Below are positions 55,101-60,514 of a stretch of 64,000 bases of DNA, piece after piece. Made by a program: the position numbers and the translations under genes. The stretch comes from a virus, in IMG/VR virus record IMGVR_UViG_2765236003_000003, positions 753-64,752 of that record, one strand, 5' to 3'. The notes beneath the pieces are model-generated. The model made no database searches, had not been told where the DNA came from, and saw only the letters and a list, made by a program, of their open reading frames with translations. Positions within the stretch are counted from its first letter, which is position 1. Each line of letters starts with the position of its first letter.

Positions 55101-56434
55101 GGGTCGGAGAAGTCGAGCGGGTTGCCGTCTTTGTCCTTGAGCGTGCCGACGATGTGCTCGGCGAAGCCCTTGGCGTCCGACTGCCGGTCGAACCACCACG
55201 GCATCTGCTGGCCGTTTCCGGTGGCGTACAGGTACCAGTCGCCTTCGACGCGGCGGGTGACGAACTGGCCGTCGCCGACGAGCTTGAGGCGCTGTTCCTT
55301 GGCCAGGTTGTCCAGGTCGCGGGCGGTGCTGCGGTCCTGTTCGCTTCCGGAGGCGCGCAGGGTCTCGGCGCGCTGGGTCCAATTGTCGCGGGCCTGCTGG
55401 AGCGTCGTGAAGCGTCCACGAGCCTGGGGGCGCTGCCGCTTCGGCGCGGGGGTCTGTGGGGCGTCGCTGCCCGCGCGGGAGGCACGGAAGTCTCGCACCG
55501 CACGGCGGATCGCCTGCTCGGCGTCCTCGCCCTTGGTGGAGCGCCAGGTCAGGAGCCAATCGCCGATCTTGGGGTCGGAGAAATCGATCGGCTCGTTGAA
55601 CTCGCCCGGCATGATGTGGCCGTTGCGGACGTGCTCGCTGATGTACTCGGCCGCCGCTTCGGCTTCCTCTCGGGTGGCGAAGTCGCCGACGTCGAGGTAG
55701 CCACCGGTGCCGGTCGAGGTGAGGTACCAGCGGCCGTTGGTGTCGTCGCGGGTGGTGACGAGGCCGCCGGACGGGGTGATCTGCAGGTCCTCATCCCCTG
55801 CCAGGCGGCGCAGTGCCGGCGCGTTGGCGCCGGGCTGCTGGGCCAGGTCGAGGAAGTGGCGGCGCACCGCCGCGGTGTCCTCGAAGCGTGCCCCCGATCG
55901 GGCCTTGCGGTTCGGCAGTGCTTCGGTGTCGACGTCGTGATGCCCGCTCTCGGGCTCGTCCTGATCGTCGTCCTCGGGTGCGTCGCCCTCGTCGTCGCCG
56001 ATCGTGTTGCCCGCGTCGTCGACGTAGTGCGGCTGGTCGGGGGTGTCCGGGTCGCCGTGGTCGTCGCGGGACAGGCCCAGGCCGCGGCGCTGGTCCTGCT
56101 CGCGGCGGGCGTCCTCGGCCTCGACCTTCTTCTGGTTCGAGGTGGGGGCACTGCCGTCGGGGCGCGCCACCATCGTGATCCAGCGGGCGCTGGTGCTGTG
56201 TCGCCGCCCGGTGAAGGTGCCATCGGCCGCGCGGTCCTGGACGAGGACGCGGTCACGGGGCAGCGCCCGCACGACACGGGCTAGCTTGCCCGACCACAAC
56301 CGCGCGACACCGCCGGTCTCGATGAACCTGCCCTTCGAGTCCCGAGGGTGCAGGGCAGGGTTCCACGGCCGTCGTACGGACTTGGTCTCAAGGGCGCGAC
56401 TCAGGCCGACCGAGGAAGCGGTGCGATTCAGCAT
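40187..56434 (-). CDS. Giant DarB-like polyvalent protein: adenine DNA methyltransferase + SF2 (SNF2-like) helicase + accessory domains
   Basis: VLEAGSGSGTF and IGNVPF (MTase, ~51.3-52.3 kb); HEVGLGKT, IDEAH, ATGTPLSN, MEQRNGRILRYGN (helicase, ~48.2-49.9 kb); N-terminal WNPALHPRDSKGRF; start set 7 nt after promoter copy 15. Confidence 0.9.
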   Translation of the reverse strand: MLNRTASSVGLSRALETKSVRRPWNPALHPRDSKGRFIETGGVARLWSGKLARVVRALPRDRVLVQDRAADGTFTGRRHSTSARWITMVARPDGSAPTSNQKKVEAEDARREQDQRRGLGLSRDDHGDPDTPDQPHYVDDAGNTIGDDEGDAPEDDDQDEPESGHHDVDTEALPNRKARSGARFEDTAAVRRHFLDLAQQPGANAPALRRLAGDEDLQITPSGGLVTTRDDTNGRWYLTSTGTGGYLDVGDFATREEAEAAAEYISEHVRNGHIMPGEFNEPIDFSDPKIGDWLLTWRSTKGEDAEQAIRRAVRDFRASRAGSDAPQTPAPKRQRPQARGRFTTLQQARDNWTQRAETLRASGSEQDRSTARDLDNLAKEQRLKLVGDGQFVTRRVEGDWYLYATGNGQQMPWWFDRQSDAKGFAEHIVGTLKDKDGNPLDFSDPKFADYRRTWRSAEGHDYIQEWTAARALWDQEHPPKHSIATARLAETLRRRPFGDDEDQSPRTGTPTKPTPEPAPALDAAPQPKETPETGTDGRPAGVPEDAEPVDGVPGYWATSWNPGPVTVYGPDGTRIASVVGGYSDRHATVDGVYVPIGSNANIADQIIARHHLATTNPDQADHVHLAWTTHKGKRVLAVRGTIKNDARDDRAVGAAGKLAWSPVQKARITGTQWKPETRDRKAADILAAFVRQSRNVRVTDEDANANTHAPEKAQQLDEDTKKLRAMSDADLRGQRDNLKIHAQVATTHSRKQRARAALQKVEAELDRRRIAQNDENNRDEPETKPSAQDRAAAMSDTDLAEAISRSERDRGTYGSRRGDRLTDDERALYADRRRRTTDQVAQTRNPEDLSDEELAAHIKDLEARERTHKLSGTIHEEDDLAPERDLWNDLTNRLADAETEQQTRKLRDLEQRPPVQDLDDDALERESLGLPIRLRRLGAEQNEILSARRHAVYEERQNRKADVYRNGPDPAGLSDADLDKAFRDLHKNRNLTSGREREALEERLKALFDEQNRRGAEGREQKVNRADTRDNPLRSTYGASVRVDGNDYGKVSYHEHDSPYAGGHKAGWNAQRQSHGGYLGAYPSMTEALAALVDSYDTDPATEPVRLYGSVRRVWVPKMFFELYQSSRRADSFPSASKERQTLYGLFKGHGYGWSDSTNPITGKIGKGANLDVPEGLLAEFHRVTEELSREMMLRASDRELDSSDRSKARSRLASINAALHGIDAQRTAVRKDGGDDDRKVISRQEIEAQQAALRAALGTDEGADGEHLQPGGQGSLGAAPAAGAGGDDRSRDVLPEQGQGDRDGDSGGRGDAGGDRAGGDGVRGSGGSDQADQGGRDRDGDAGSAAGAGAGDRGDAGAQSGDAGSAGAEGRGVRHVAPRFRPNPADAATKGPIQRAAANVEAIRVLKRLERENRPATEKEKVTLARWTGWGSVPIMFASEPNEKEPRYQQGGARYGKFAQDHARWAEYRELRTMLSGELTPLEWQQARRGTLSMHYTPQPIAEAMWDGLKALGFDRGDVLEAGSGSGTFFGVSPEGARLTGIELDPTTAWIAKAIYPDANVLNENFAETDAHPGTFDASIGNVPFASVPFGDRRYPAESLHNGFITKELVLTRPGGITLLITSRHTLDSKGDKARKQIAKYGDLIGAVRLPSGVFNDAGTSVVTDVLVLRSRADGDEPGDTSWLNAPERKIGNVREHVNAYFTAHPEHVLGDLTTESSPYGPRLTVKGNPAKAADQLRDALKDIADKAKADGKGYEPHPDGDNRPPVFLQTAREKHANDWTGRLYEGDDGKLYQHVNGGNPVAVEPSDGRGDQLRALMQLRDVAAELRALDRKNDEDGRAEKLRAQLRDLHTAYVEQYGPLSKPGQFRSMKTGTRPDGSEERTPTAWGYFRSDPDAGSVLALERWDADKQEPILSRVFTERAAARRQPLDRTDDPKTALSAVVAATGQVDLGEIARLLNMDPQDAVRALGNEVFTDPSTGRLELAGAYLSGPVRDKLAAARRAAEKDPAFAVNVSALEAVQPADRTIGEFTPEMGAHWTPPELLQGFLREYLGDKTLRVAHDDRYGWMLYTGKVPQANNVLYGVEPNAAKGTKGKSAVEIARAILGHGSLTIYHDDKRRDVDEETSRLVRQKADQMRSEFAKYATANADRLTRLTDSYNKIMNGHVVRSYDGMSPSLDGFTPDRTPHAWQLSGAARMQFERSVILTHEVGLGKTSTLVMGTQALKASGQIEKPYAVVPDHLAQQWYDEARFLYPNAEIHLITSGDLADGRRDSTLEWLRANKPDLVIFTEPAFGSIKMSPEAQEEYEFRELEALREQLDRQYEDADNPNHPFIVAKIEQRIATVQNRISKNAAPMRTPGQTYWDDLGFDYAVIDEAHRYKGVGFRSREGGGDPASIRGIDLHQKLTDLHRRRAGRATVTLATGTPLSNSITEQFTMLALAAPWVLDAYKAGAPDLWAATFGRKTLRVENAPDGSGLRIVERFAEFHNRRAMKTMWGLVADTKRADDVGIPRPKIADSGPNLVMVDPTKDQTARLKKLVARGRAIHNGDVDRSQDNMLAVSNEGTSVALDPRLVDAKAPAGNKLTAVAAKAVERYSRHKDRVYKTYYGNTEDHPTPGALQMVFLNEGVPGGNNRGNFDAYAELKRLMVAGGIPEEKIAFVQDHKKTGKPEELAELFRRARDGEIAVLIGSSSVAGTGMNAQNRMVSLTHVDLDWGAAQMEQRNGRILRYGNQNAEVEIDIFATKGSLDGWKAGFVASKAEGLVDIQRPEMADSDTRDTVTELDVDYPDYETMEAEIGGNPYMSQLMKARRLLRDLEIDQHNEAAERVRRQETLAELEKELADTRDGITRREEALPRIRDVRDTFAMNLGGLSYTERADAAAALHRQVTTRLLEHDRDGMGPWKVLGQFGGLDVAVRTERRADGRLIAHVGFPDLARSDFERGPDDLKKRGAGSGMITRLTNALEKAPALQQADRARLPELDEQIALLQSAQAAADLTPQIEHARARANLLDDIVGRIADLDKLPEIDENEVDKKLTKAQRRQIVEERHQARIPLQAAVGAAVLTLDNFDEKFPEPERTEKPEQPERPDAPEQQDHVRLSAEEVSQTLGQLRPEGDNGTGAEDTVDGPDTADEGDGGERRDLTAAPAAPGDDASENDDTDQPAPGRADDVPQPDAPIDQADSDDETAAAEDDNTAESPDNTVTLDRDEIDQQLDAIRPEGTKAPSAMTDQEIADEIVALMEREMADGELTGADRTRMAVLEAETDRRAGRPPKPEPKKPEPEQPEGGLFDIGEPEPQAPAVADPNNPLDQPDDASGTPDMFADHEGRDTSRLRPVQMRNPEDLAQGDRYTDADGRTHTVAEPPQRTGRGRVRIVIEDGEERFYSRDAELRLRHPDEEIDDDLDEQPATGLGSNNTPDQPDREAAPDQQDDEEQPQNDDAEQSEDEDDEQRHRRDRDADADGAAPDGAPEGADGDPKALGTDRDNADNNADAGESDAQENEDDRERRRHRRRRRGDRGGNGGGGPDGPGLPRLDLPHPPNIPAANSGGTDGDGGEPDRTRPRTVADLRDAWRRGDRLTADENTPERRAFLTQLAGNPTLTLSSGGGLVTWTDDTAPDGMRRWQFAQTHNGGRLGKITLTARTPDDARDLADLFEFTPDASGQAIDWHQPLTPDVIAQWRDRQGRTLPEALRATRDLFQDGDEQGDTATQPKPAATLPEDLTGLSDDDLADAWGQGLSDADQMRVAEEMDRRDSAEQRVRDAIPTTPAADAEEVRRRGEAMDAALGFGATDVTRRPQTREERLQREFQDVDEARYSAAVDATNGYFFSRASRSLPPVSERDLFSGGSLSRFGRWRDYASDELIEWFDNNGGRLTYNQYKQRRRADEKIERQQYEEEQRRAAASTPATPDTDNTALALSIDDIDLPSFTLTPEAEEEANRRFGGADQVRALAARAELRPAADDGTFDVWLDGRRIGTVRNVNRNADDREPMWDATPLLTINHDHNSRSANRDLAVANLVVRAERNPANATNPNKDIWDTVKVHLAGRNPELPELPGSLSNDPAVKERYDQLVHLVESFRSKESPSGNLAQDLEHIRDEFQWLRETLSAAQGKRQDRDALKDLERRSFWAERLRAGFGQDNEHQVPDAPGDEPDAAPAVLDTAPSDAREPTASGDNSEPRTTVGDQQSPADGTTTVPDTRPGDATPDAETIPEPSRDDSEFARTSGDDAPTLDAGPAPGPRPQPEPTQTPESTDESTAEPDPRPEPEPIGGQPAHWGSVDQLQPRDVARIDGTTRRGRRVTRAGYVLDTPERVTVTRRGRTEDMWRTTIGETPDGRTGGRGTVYTPLNASAARAEAPETAAPGTPASGAQGDVMTGGLPDSIANDSHGRGLFPGSHVTGGDRDGTVTGVTDTTVSVRWTNGDTDNGVAPTSLTVDDTADRRLAGWTSTGQRLRPGHVVSDENGALLGPVDEADGDRITITTSEGTVTRDAAGLRVVGEVRDDTPQTAPVTGLSEPTADEITKGDIIVLDLDGTPTTVEILDTSRDGDRVTLDYVDTTTAETGSIDMDSTAVVHKAEGPNGAAPDLGPDDAPATDDDLTVHEPLPAVDPVIGPTVDPDLTPADRDAIADNGSSPEDDPHAQQAAARLGADLPVTPDQAAALAAQLRANADSATTEGRAALRAADHLDRAAGRPAPEWLSRPRPSNAAQISEGDFIAMPDERRGDAVHVYRVIDVEEGPGGVRSLLLEDENRQWKRRIVHAAMPVWQLPEAAPDADTALDPEPAPRDPNPPLASVRRQIVADHSRTVAMRIIDEAVAGTEPPGDIHALREQIAQRLNPESLQDARNTARQDANAALNAAGITGRDRAAVQQALRRAREKAHERTVRAALRTINDLEPLPGEPNEDLAQRAAGLLRLIPEQIDAPSITRRASTASAPRNRTVAEGDGAADAVKHVDDAVTALLRQLEEAGVDPADLEALTRLLTRQLDATRQATAQRIVRRSAAADPDTGRQPGLLALLGRMGRRLIELVKAAARKIAELWRDSRDRISRLRSFLRRLVRRVRDWPEARRLAQLNAVLDLLDVEGESLAARVSQWVGLLPEQGRFGQASRRVSRWRPTTWAQLAAGRLPGRSSDTRWVPDRASDGGPGLTALRHMAALRAAGADVDQDVTRRLAAALGDDFGRDPHGALQHADDYVAATERRLLNLQAARGSSTVQDPDVDVEIAAARMEATTARREWEELRSRYAAAVPDAVAAALADVRDLGPQGNTGIVFGPDSTPDAERAIRDVQRHMPRDWLAFPDGRRLTAVDGDTGRYEPDARRATVADLGDAGVGTAAHALAQHLAGHVPDLDAAQSVFWFTRTHNGRPGARTLDRTALGRLLDQQQTRPDTGDSLARSLQAMFTGDWYLDDDLRSFLLGLLATR
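52303..52641 (-). CDS. TnpV-like protein nested out of frame in the giant ORF
   Basis: Own RBS (GAAGGGG-ctg-ATG); G/C third-position bias lies in this frame; YSQVVRDHWARHRPRELAEM...QIRADATAMVMRDLL. Confidence 0.7.
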   Translation of the reverse strand: MVSIYSQVVRDHWARHRPRELAEMTDPETFFLNKGREIETAILAAEETLEETVPAATEYEARAGQIKQIRADATAMVMRDLLPEPEPETEETPELSPEMRDLQALKDAVYDM

Positions 56435-56441
56435 GGCGCGG

Positions 56442-56472
56442 ACCATGCACACCGCAGGTGGTTAGCGTCGTG
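56442..56472 (-). promoter_or_regulatory. Conserved phage promoter copy 15 (likely leaderless giant ORF)
   Basis: CACGAC-gctaaccacctgcggtgtg(19)-CATGGT, ATG 7 nt downstream. Confidence 0.75.
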
Positions 56473-56544
56473 CGCTGAATTCGGGTCTATGCGCGCCTGA
56501 GAAGGGGTACGGTCCCGGCATCACCGCGTCGGGAGGGGGCTCTC

Positions 56545-56946
56545 GTGGCTATTCGAGCGTTCGGTGAGAAGAAGGCGCCGTCGGAGTGGGCGGCTGACCC
56601 GAGGTGCGTTGTTTCAAGCGGCGTGCTGCGGCGCCGTATTGGGGCGGGTTGGGATCCAGAGGAAGCGATCACTACCCCTTTCAACGGTGCAGCTTGGCAG
56701 TCGGCCAAGCAAGCCACGCTGGAGGAGGACCGCGCGAAGCCCGCCCAGCGGGTCTACGTCCCTCCACAGCAGGAAGGAAAGCCGGAGAGGAAACGCCCTG
56801 CGGTGCGCGGCCAGATCAGGCCGGTGCCGACGCCAACAGAAGGATGGGAGGACACGGCGCCTTCCACGAGGCAGCCAGCAACGCAGCGCAGCAGCAGCGT
56901 CCGCACGGTCCGTGGCGGCCTGCCCTCCCTCGGAAGGCGCCGCTGA
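56545..56946 (+). CDS. Small protein with HNH-endonuclease-type DNA-binding motif
   Basis: GGAGGGGG RBS; GEKKAPSEWA...LRRRIGAGWDPEEAITTP. Confidence 0.6.
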   Translation: MAIRAFGEKKAPSEWAADPRCVVSSGVLRRRIGAGWDPEEAITTPFNGAAWQSAKQATLEEDRAKPAQRVYVPPQQEGKPERKRPAVRGQIRPVPTPTEGWEDTAPSTRQPATQRSSSVRTVRGGLPSLGRRR

Positions 56947-56953
56947 CTCATCC

Positions 56954-57157
56954 TCACATGCTCCCGGTGAGGATGTAGATGGCGAACCAGGCGGAGAACC
57001 CGCACCATCCCACGGCGAAGATCGCACGCCCGGCCCTGGACGTGCGCGTGCGGAACAGGCGCCGGAAGTTCTCGCTCAGGGTGGCCCCCTCGCGCTTGTT
57101 GACAAGGGCGATCGTCTCGAACACGGCGAACAGGCAGGACCAGATGGCGGGCCACAT
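56954..57157 (-). CDS. Small 2-TM protein
   Basis: Stop/start overlap with portal gene; FETIAL...TLSENFRRLF...WFAIYIL. Confidence 0.7.
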   Translation of the reverse strand: MWPAIWSCLFAVFETIALVNKREGATLSENFRRLFRTRTSRAGRAIFAVGWCGFSAWFAIYILTGSM

Positions 57158-59619
57158 CAAGGGGTCTTCTCCGCGATGGGGGCGGTACGGTACCGCAGGC
57201 GGCACCGGCAGCGGACAGTGAGGTCAGCAGGGGCGAACGGGTCTCCGGGGTAGCGCAGGCTGGCGTCGTTGACCGTGAAGGGGACGCCGGCAGGCAGGGT
57301 GGTGCCGTTCAGCTTTCGATGCGCGGGCCGTACATGGGAATCGTTGCGCGCGACCCAGGTCCGCACAACTGCGGGGCCAGCGCTCTCGGCTGCGGCATCG
57401 GCTGCGCCGTTGACGGTGGCGACAGCGCACGACTCGGCGAGTAGCGCAATGAACTCTGCCGCGCGGTCTCGGTAGAACCCGCTGACGGTGTCGGTGAGTT
57501 CGTCGAGCGTGGCGTCCGCGATCTGGGCTGTGTCCAAGGTGACGGCGAGGTCTGCGAGCAGCCCGGCGATGGCGCGTCCGGCCATGGCTGCGGCGGCCAG
57601 TGCTGCGGCTGCTGCGCCTGGCGGCACGGCCGCCGCGCCAGTAACGCTTGTGCTGAGCAGCGACGCAGTGGTGGCCGCTGTCTGCTGGAGGATCGGGGCC
57701 AAGGTACTGGTGGTCTCCTCCTCCCATCGCTCCGCACCAACGACGCGCACACCGTCGATCGGGTGGTCACCGCGGCGCAGGTCGGTGTCGCCGTCCGGCT
57801 GCCAGTAGCGGGTGTGCTTGCGGGTCTTGGGCGCGTGAAGACGCGCGGTGATCACACCTTCCTGCCTGGCGAGGAGGGCAGTGAGCGCGGCCGTGACGGC
57901 GGCTGCGGCCGCGTCAAAATCGTTGTCGGTGACCTCGAACTCGGCTTCGTGGGGCAGTTCCTTGCCCTCGATGTCGGAGCGAGCAGCGTCAACGTCGGCC
58001 GCAGCCGCCCCGGCACTTGACTGCACGACGGAGTCGCGCGCGGACGCGACATCGTCGGCTGCATCGCCGGGCAAGGTGAGGGGCACGTTGTCGCGGGCCT
58101 GCTCGACGGCGGTCGCGGCCGACTCTTCGGCCGCCGCAGCGCCCGATACGGTGCGGGCGGCTGCAGCGTCCTCATCGGCGGGGCCAGGCTCCTGTGCTCG
58201 GGCATCGGCGACTGCGTCCGCTGCGGAACTGCTCTCGGGGCCGGACGGCGCGATGGCGGGCGGCGGCGGGGCCCCTGTGCTCGGCAGACCCATGGCGCCT
58301 CCGGCTGCTGGGTCCTGAGCTACACCGAGCGCGGCCGCGTCCTTCTCGTTGGCAGGGACGGGTGCCTTCTGGGGGCTGATCCACAGGGCGCGCGTGTGTG
58401 GCACGTTGAACGGTCGGCGCCCTGCAATTTCCCGGTACTCGTCGACGGTGATCAGCCCCGCGTTCCACTCGGCTCGGGCTTCTTCCCGGCGCTGCCGACG
58501 GGGGAACTCGAGCGCTTCGACCGTGCTCGTGTTGAAGCGCAACGACCAGCCATCGTCCAGATCGAGATCGAACGCGGAGGCGAGCAAGGCCAAGTGCGGC
58601 AGTTCGGTGTGCTGCCAGAAGTTCCACTCTTCCCTGTCGGCATTCGCGTACGTCCGCTCACTCGCGTTGCCGACCACGGACTCCGGCACGCCGAACGCGG
58701 ACAGGATCTCGTCCTTCGCCGTCTGCGCCAGCGTCTCGTAGTTCATGTCGCGCGGCCGCGTGCTGGTGTCCACGTAGTTGAGGCCACCGGGCCCGCTGCC
58801 GACGACGACGGTTTCGCCGGCGTGCTGCGCGCCGGGGGCGAGACGCTGCTGAATCCGGTCGATCTCGCGCTGGTCCAGGCCGTCGACGTCGATGCCGACG
58901 ATCCCCGACGGGCGCGCGTCGTTGTCGATGAAGGTGATGTTGTACGTCCGGGCCTTCACGTCCAGGTCGACGGACAGCCCGGCGGCCTCCAGTGGCGTGA
59001 CGCCGCAGAAGGGGTCGGTCGGGTGCGGGTCACGCAGCCAGACGACGCGGCTGGGGTCCAGCTCCCGGACCCGGCCGTCGTACGTCGTGAACTCGAAGTG
59101 GGAGACGTAGTCGCCGTGAGGGTCGGGTATCGGCTCGACGCGGTTCGGAGGCAGCAGGTCAAGCCGGGTGATGGTGCCACCGCGGGACCGCGTGATTTCG
59201 ACGAACACGCCCTTCTTGGACAAGAGGAGCTGGGCGCTCAGCCGCTTCTTGAAGACGGTGGCCCGTTCCAGCGGGTTGGCTTGGACGTTCAGGACGTGCA
59301 GCAGCGGGTGGTCGGTGAGGGTTTCCGCGAACTGGCGCTCGTCGCCGCCCCGTCCGATCTCGACGGCCAGCGAACCAGGGTGCTTGGAGATCGCCTCGAC
59401 AGACTTGAAGGCCCAGATGGAGCGTTCGTAGCCCTCCTGGATGACACGGTCCAAGTCCCAGCCCGCAGCCCGGTTCTCCGTGCCCCACACCGTGGTGGTG
59501 CCCGCGTACGTCATGGAGACGTAGGAGTTGCCGACGTGCCCGGCGGACTTCTCTTCGACGGGTTGGGCCGTGCGCGGGACGAGGAGTCGCCGGAGGCCGG
59601 GCAAGAACTGGCGCGGCAT
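57157..59619 (-). CDS. Portal protein fused to MuF (phage Mu F-like) domain
   Basis: HK97-type portal (NARPSG, DEILSAFGVPESVVG, TYANA, GLITVDEYRE); C-terminal WVARNDSHVRPAH...LRYPGDP...CRCRL. Confidence 0.93.
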   Translation of the reverse strand: MPRQFLPGLRRLLVPRTAQPVEEKSAGHVGNSYVSMTYAGTTTVWGTENRAAGWDLDRVIQEGYERSIWAFKSVEAISKHPGSLAVEIGRGGDERQFAETLTDHPLLHVLNVQANPLERATVFKKRLSAQLLLSKKGVFVEITRSRGGTITRLDLLPPNRVEPIPDPHGDYVSHFEFTTYDGRVRELDPSRVVWLRDPHPTDPFCGVTPLEAAGLSVDLDVKARTYNITFIDNDARPSGIVGIDVDGLDQREIDRIQQRLAPGAQHAGETVVVGSGPGGLNYVDTSTRPRDMNYETLAQTAKDEILSAFGVPESVVGNASERTYANADREEWNFWQHTELPHLALLASAFDLDLDDGWSLRFNTSTVEALEFPRRQRREEARAEWNAGLITVDEYREIAGRRPFNVPHTRALWISPQKAPVPANEKDAAALGVAQDPAAGGAMGLPSTGAPPPPAIAPSGPESSSAADAVADARAQEPGPADEDAAAARTVSGAAAAEESAATAVEQARDNVPLTLPGDAADDVASARDSVVQSSAGAAAADVDAARSDIEGKELPHEAEFEVTDNDFDAAAAAVTAALTALLARQEGVITARLHAPKTRKHTRYWQPDGDTDLRRGDHPIDGVRVVGAERWEEETTSTLAPILQQTAATTASLLSTSVTGAAAVPPGAAAAALAAAAMAGRAIAGLLADLAVTLDTAQIADATLDELTDTVSGFYRDRAAEFIALLAESCAVATVNGAADAAAESAGPAVVRTWVARNDSHVRPAHRKLNGTTLPAGVPFTVNDASLRYPGDPFAPADLTVRCRCRLRYRTAPIAEKTP

Positions 59620-59957
59620 CAGGTCCCCTCACTGGCCAGCCATGCGCCCATAGCGCTGAGGGCCGCGCCGACTTCGATCCAGCCCAGGGGCGGGAAGCAC
59701 GCGAAGGCGCAGCCGACGGCGGCCGTGGCGGTTACGGCGACGATGGAGAGGGCGACTATGCGGGAGCGCTTCGTCTTGGGCGGTGCCAAGAAGCGGAAGA
59801 CCGCGAGGGCGCCTGCAGCGGCCACGATGGTGCTCAGCACGGGGTGTATGGCGCCCAGAGCGATGAGCACGACGAGGATGCCAGCGGCGGCGAGGAGGAG
59901 TCCGGCGGCTTCGCGGGCGAGGCTTCGTGGCGAGGGTGTCTCAGGCGGTGTACTCAC
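59619..59957 (-). CDS. Small multi-TM protein upstream of portal
   Basis: Four hydrophobic stretches; likely leaderless; overlaps portal ATG. Confidence 0.75.
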   Translation of the reverse strand: MSTPPETPSPRSLAREAAGLLLAAAGILVVLIALGAIHPVLSTIVAAAGALAVFRFLAPPKTKRSRIVALSIVAVTATAAVGCAFACFPPLGWIEVGAALSAMGAWLASEGT

Positions 59958-59964
59958 GGCGCGC

Positions 59965-59995
59965 ACGATGGGTGCGGCGTGGGATTAGTGTCGCG
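59965..59995 (-). promoter_or_regulatory. Conserved phage promoter copy 16
   Basis: CGCGAC-actaatcccacgccgcacc(19)-CATCGT, GTG 7 nt downstream. Confidence 0.75.
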
Positions 59996-60013
59996 TCCTC
60001 GCCCGAGGGCCGG

Positions 60014-60514
60014 TCAGCGGGGACGGCTGACCCCGGCCATGTAGGCGTGGATGCCGCGCCGCTGGATCTTCTCGCCGGGGACGATCTTGGCGCCCTTCGG
60101 GGGCGGAGGGAGCTTGCGCTTCTTCCTCGTCGACTGATCACCACCGATGAGGTGGCGGTTGTCGACCTTCTCCTCGCAGTCCTGTCCCTTTACCTCGTCG
60201 TACGGGCGCCGGCAGCCCTTGCAGTACACCTCCAGGGCGTCCACGCGCTGTCCTGCGGCTGTCTTGAAGGAGCCGCGGAAATCTGCGACGGAAGCAATGC
60301 GCGGCTCCACCTGGATCTCGGCGGCGACGACCCAGGTGTGTGAGAGGTCCTGGGGCGGCTCGGCGGGATCGGCCGTAGGCGCGGGTGGCGCTGCCTCCGC
60401 CTCCGTCTTCGTCACCGGAACCTGTGGTGTCGGGGCGGTCCGCGACGGGAACAAGGATTCCTGCCAGAAGGCCCTGCCTGTTGCCGGTGAGAGGGGAGCA
60501 GTAGCAGTCGTCAC
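60014..60514 (-). CDS. Hypothetical protein with Cys/His zinc-binding motif
   Basis: HTWVV...VYCKGCRRPY...C; GGAGG RBS. Confidence 0.7.
   Translation of the reverse strand: MTTATAPLSPATGRAFWQESLFPSRTAPTPQVPVTKTEAEAAPPAPTADPAEPPQDLSHTWVVAAEIQVEPRIASVADFRGSFKTAAGQRVDALEVYCKGCRRPYDEVKGQDCEEKVDNRHLIGGDQSTRKKRKLPPPPKGAKIVPGEKIQRRGIHAYMAGVSRPR

Larger units (their letters stand above)
662..60514. mobile_element. Siphovirus-type prophage or phage-plasmid (boundaries outside window)
   Basis: Near-complete head, tail, lysis and replication modules; no att site or integrase seen. Confidence 0.9.

Noticed and set aside
40187-56434. Intein or reverse transcriptase/DGR within the giant ORF or tail fibre
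   Set aside because: No intein C...HN termini, no YxDD reverse transcriptase, and no TR/VR pair seen
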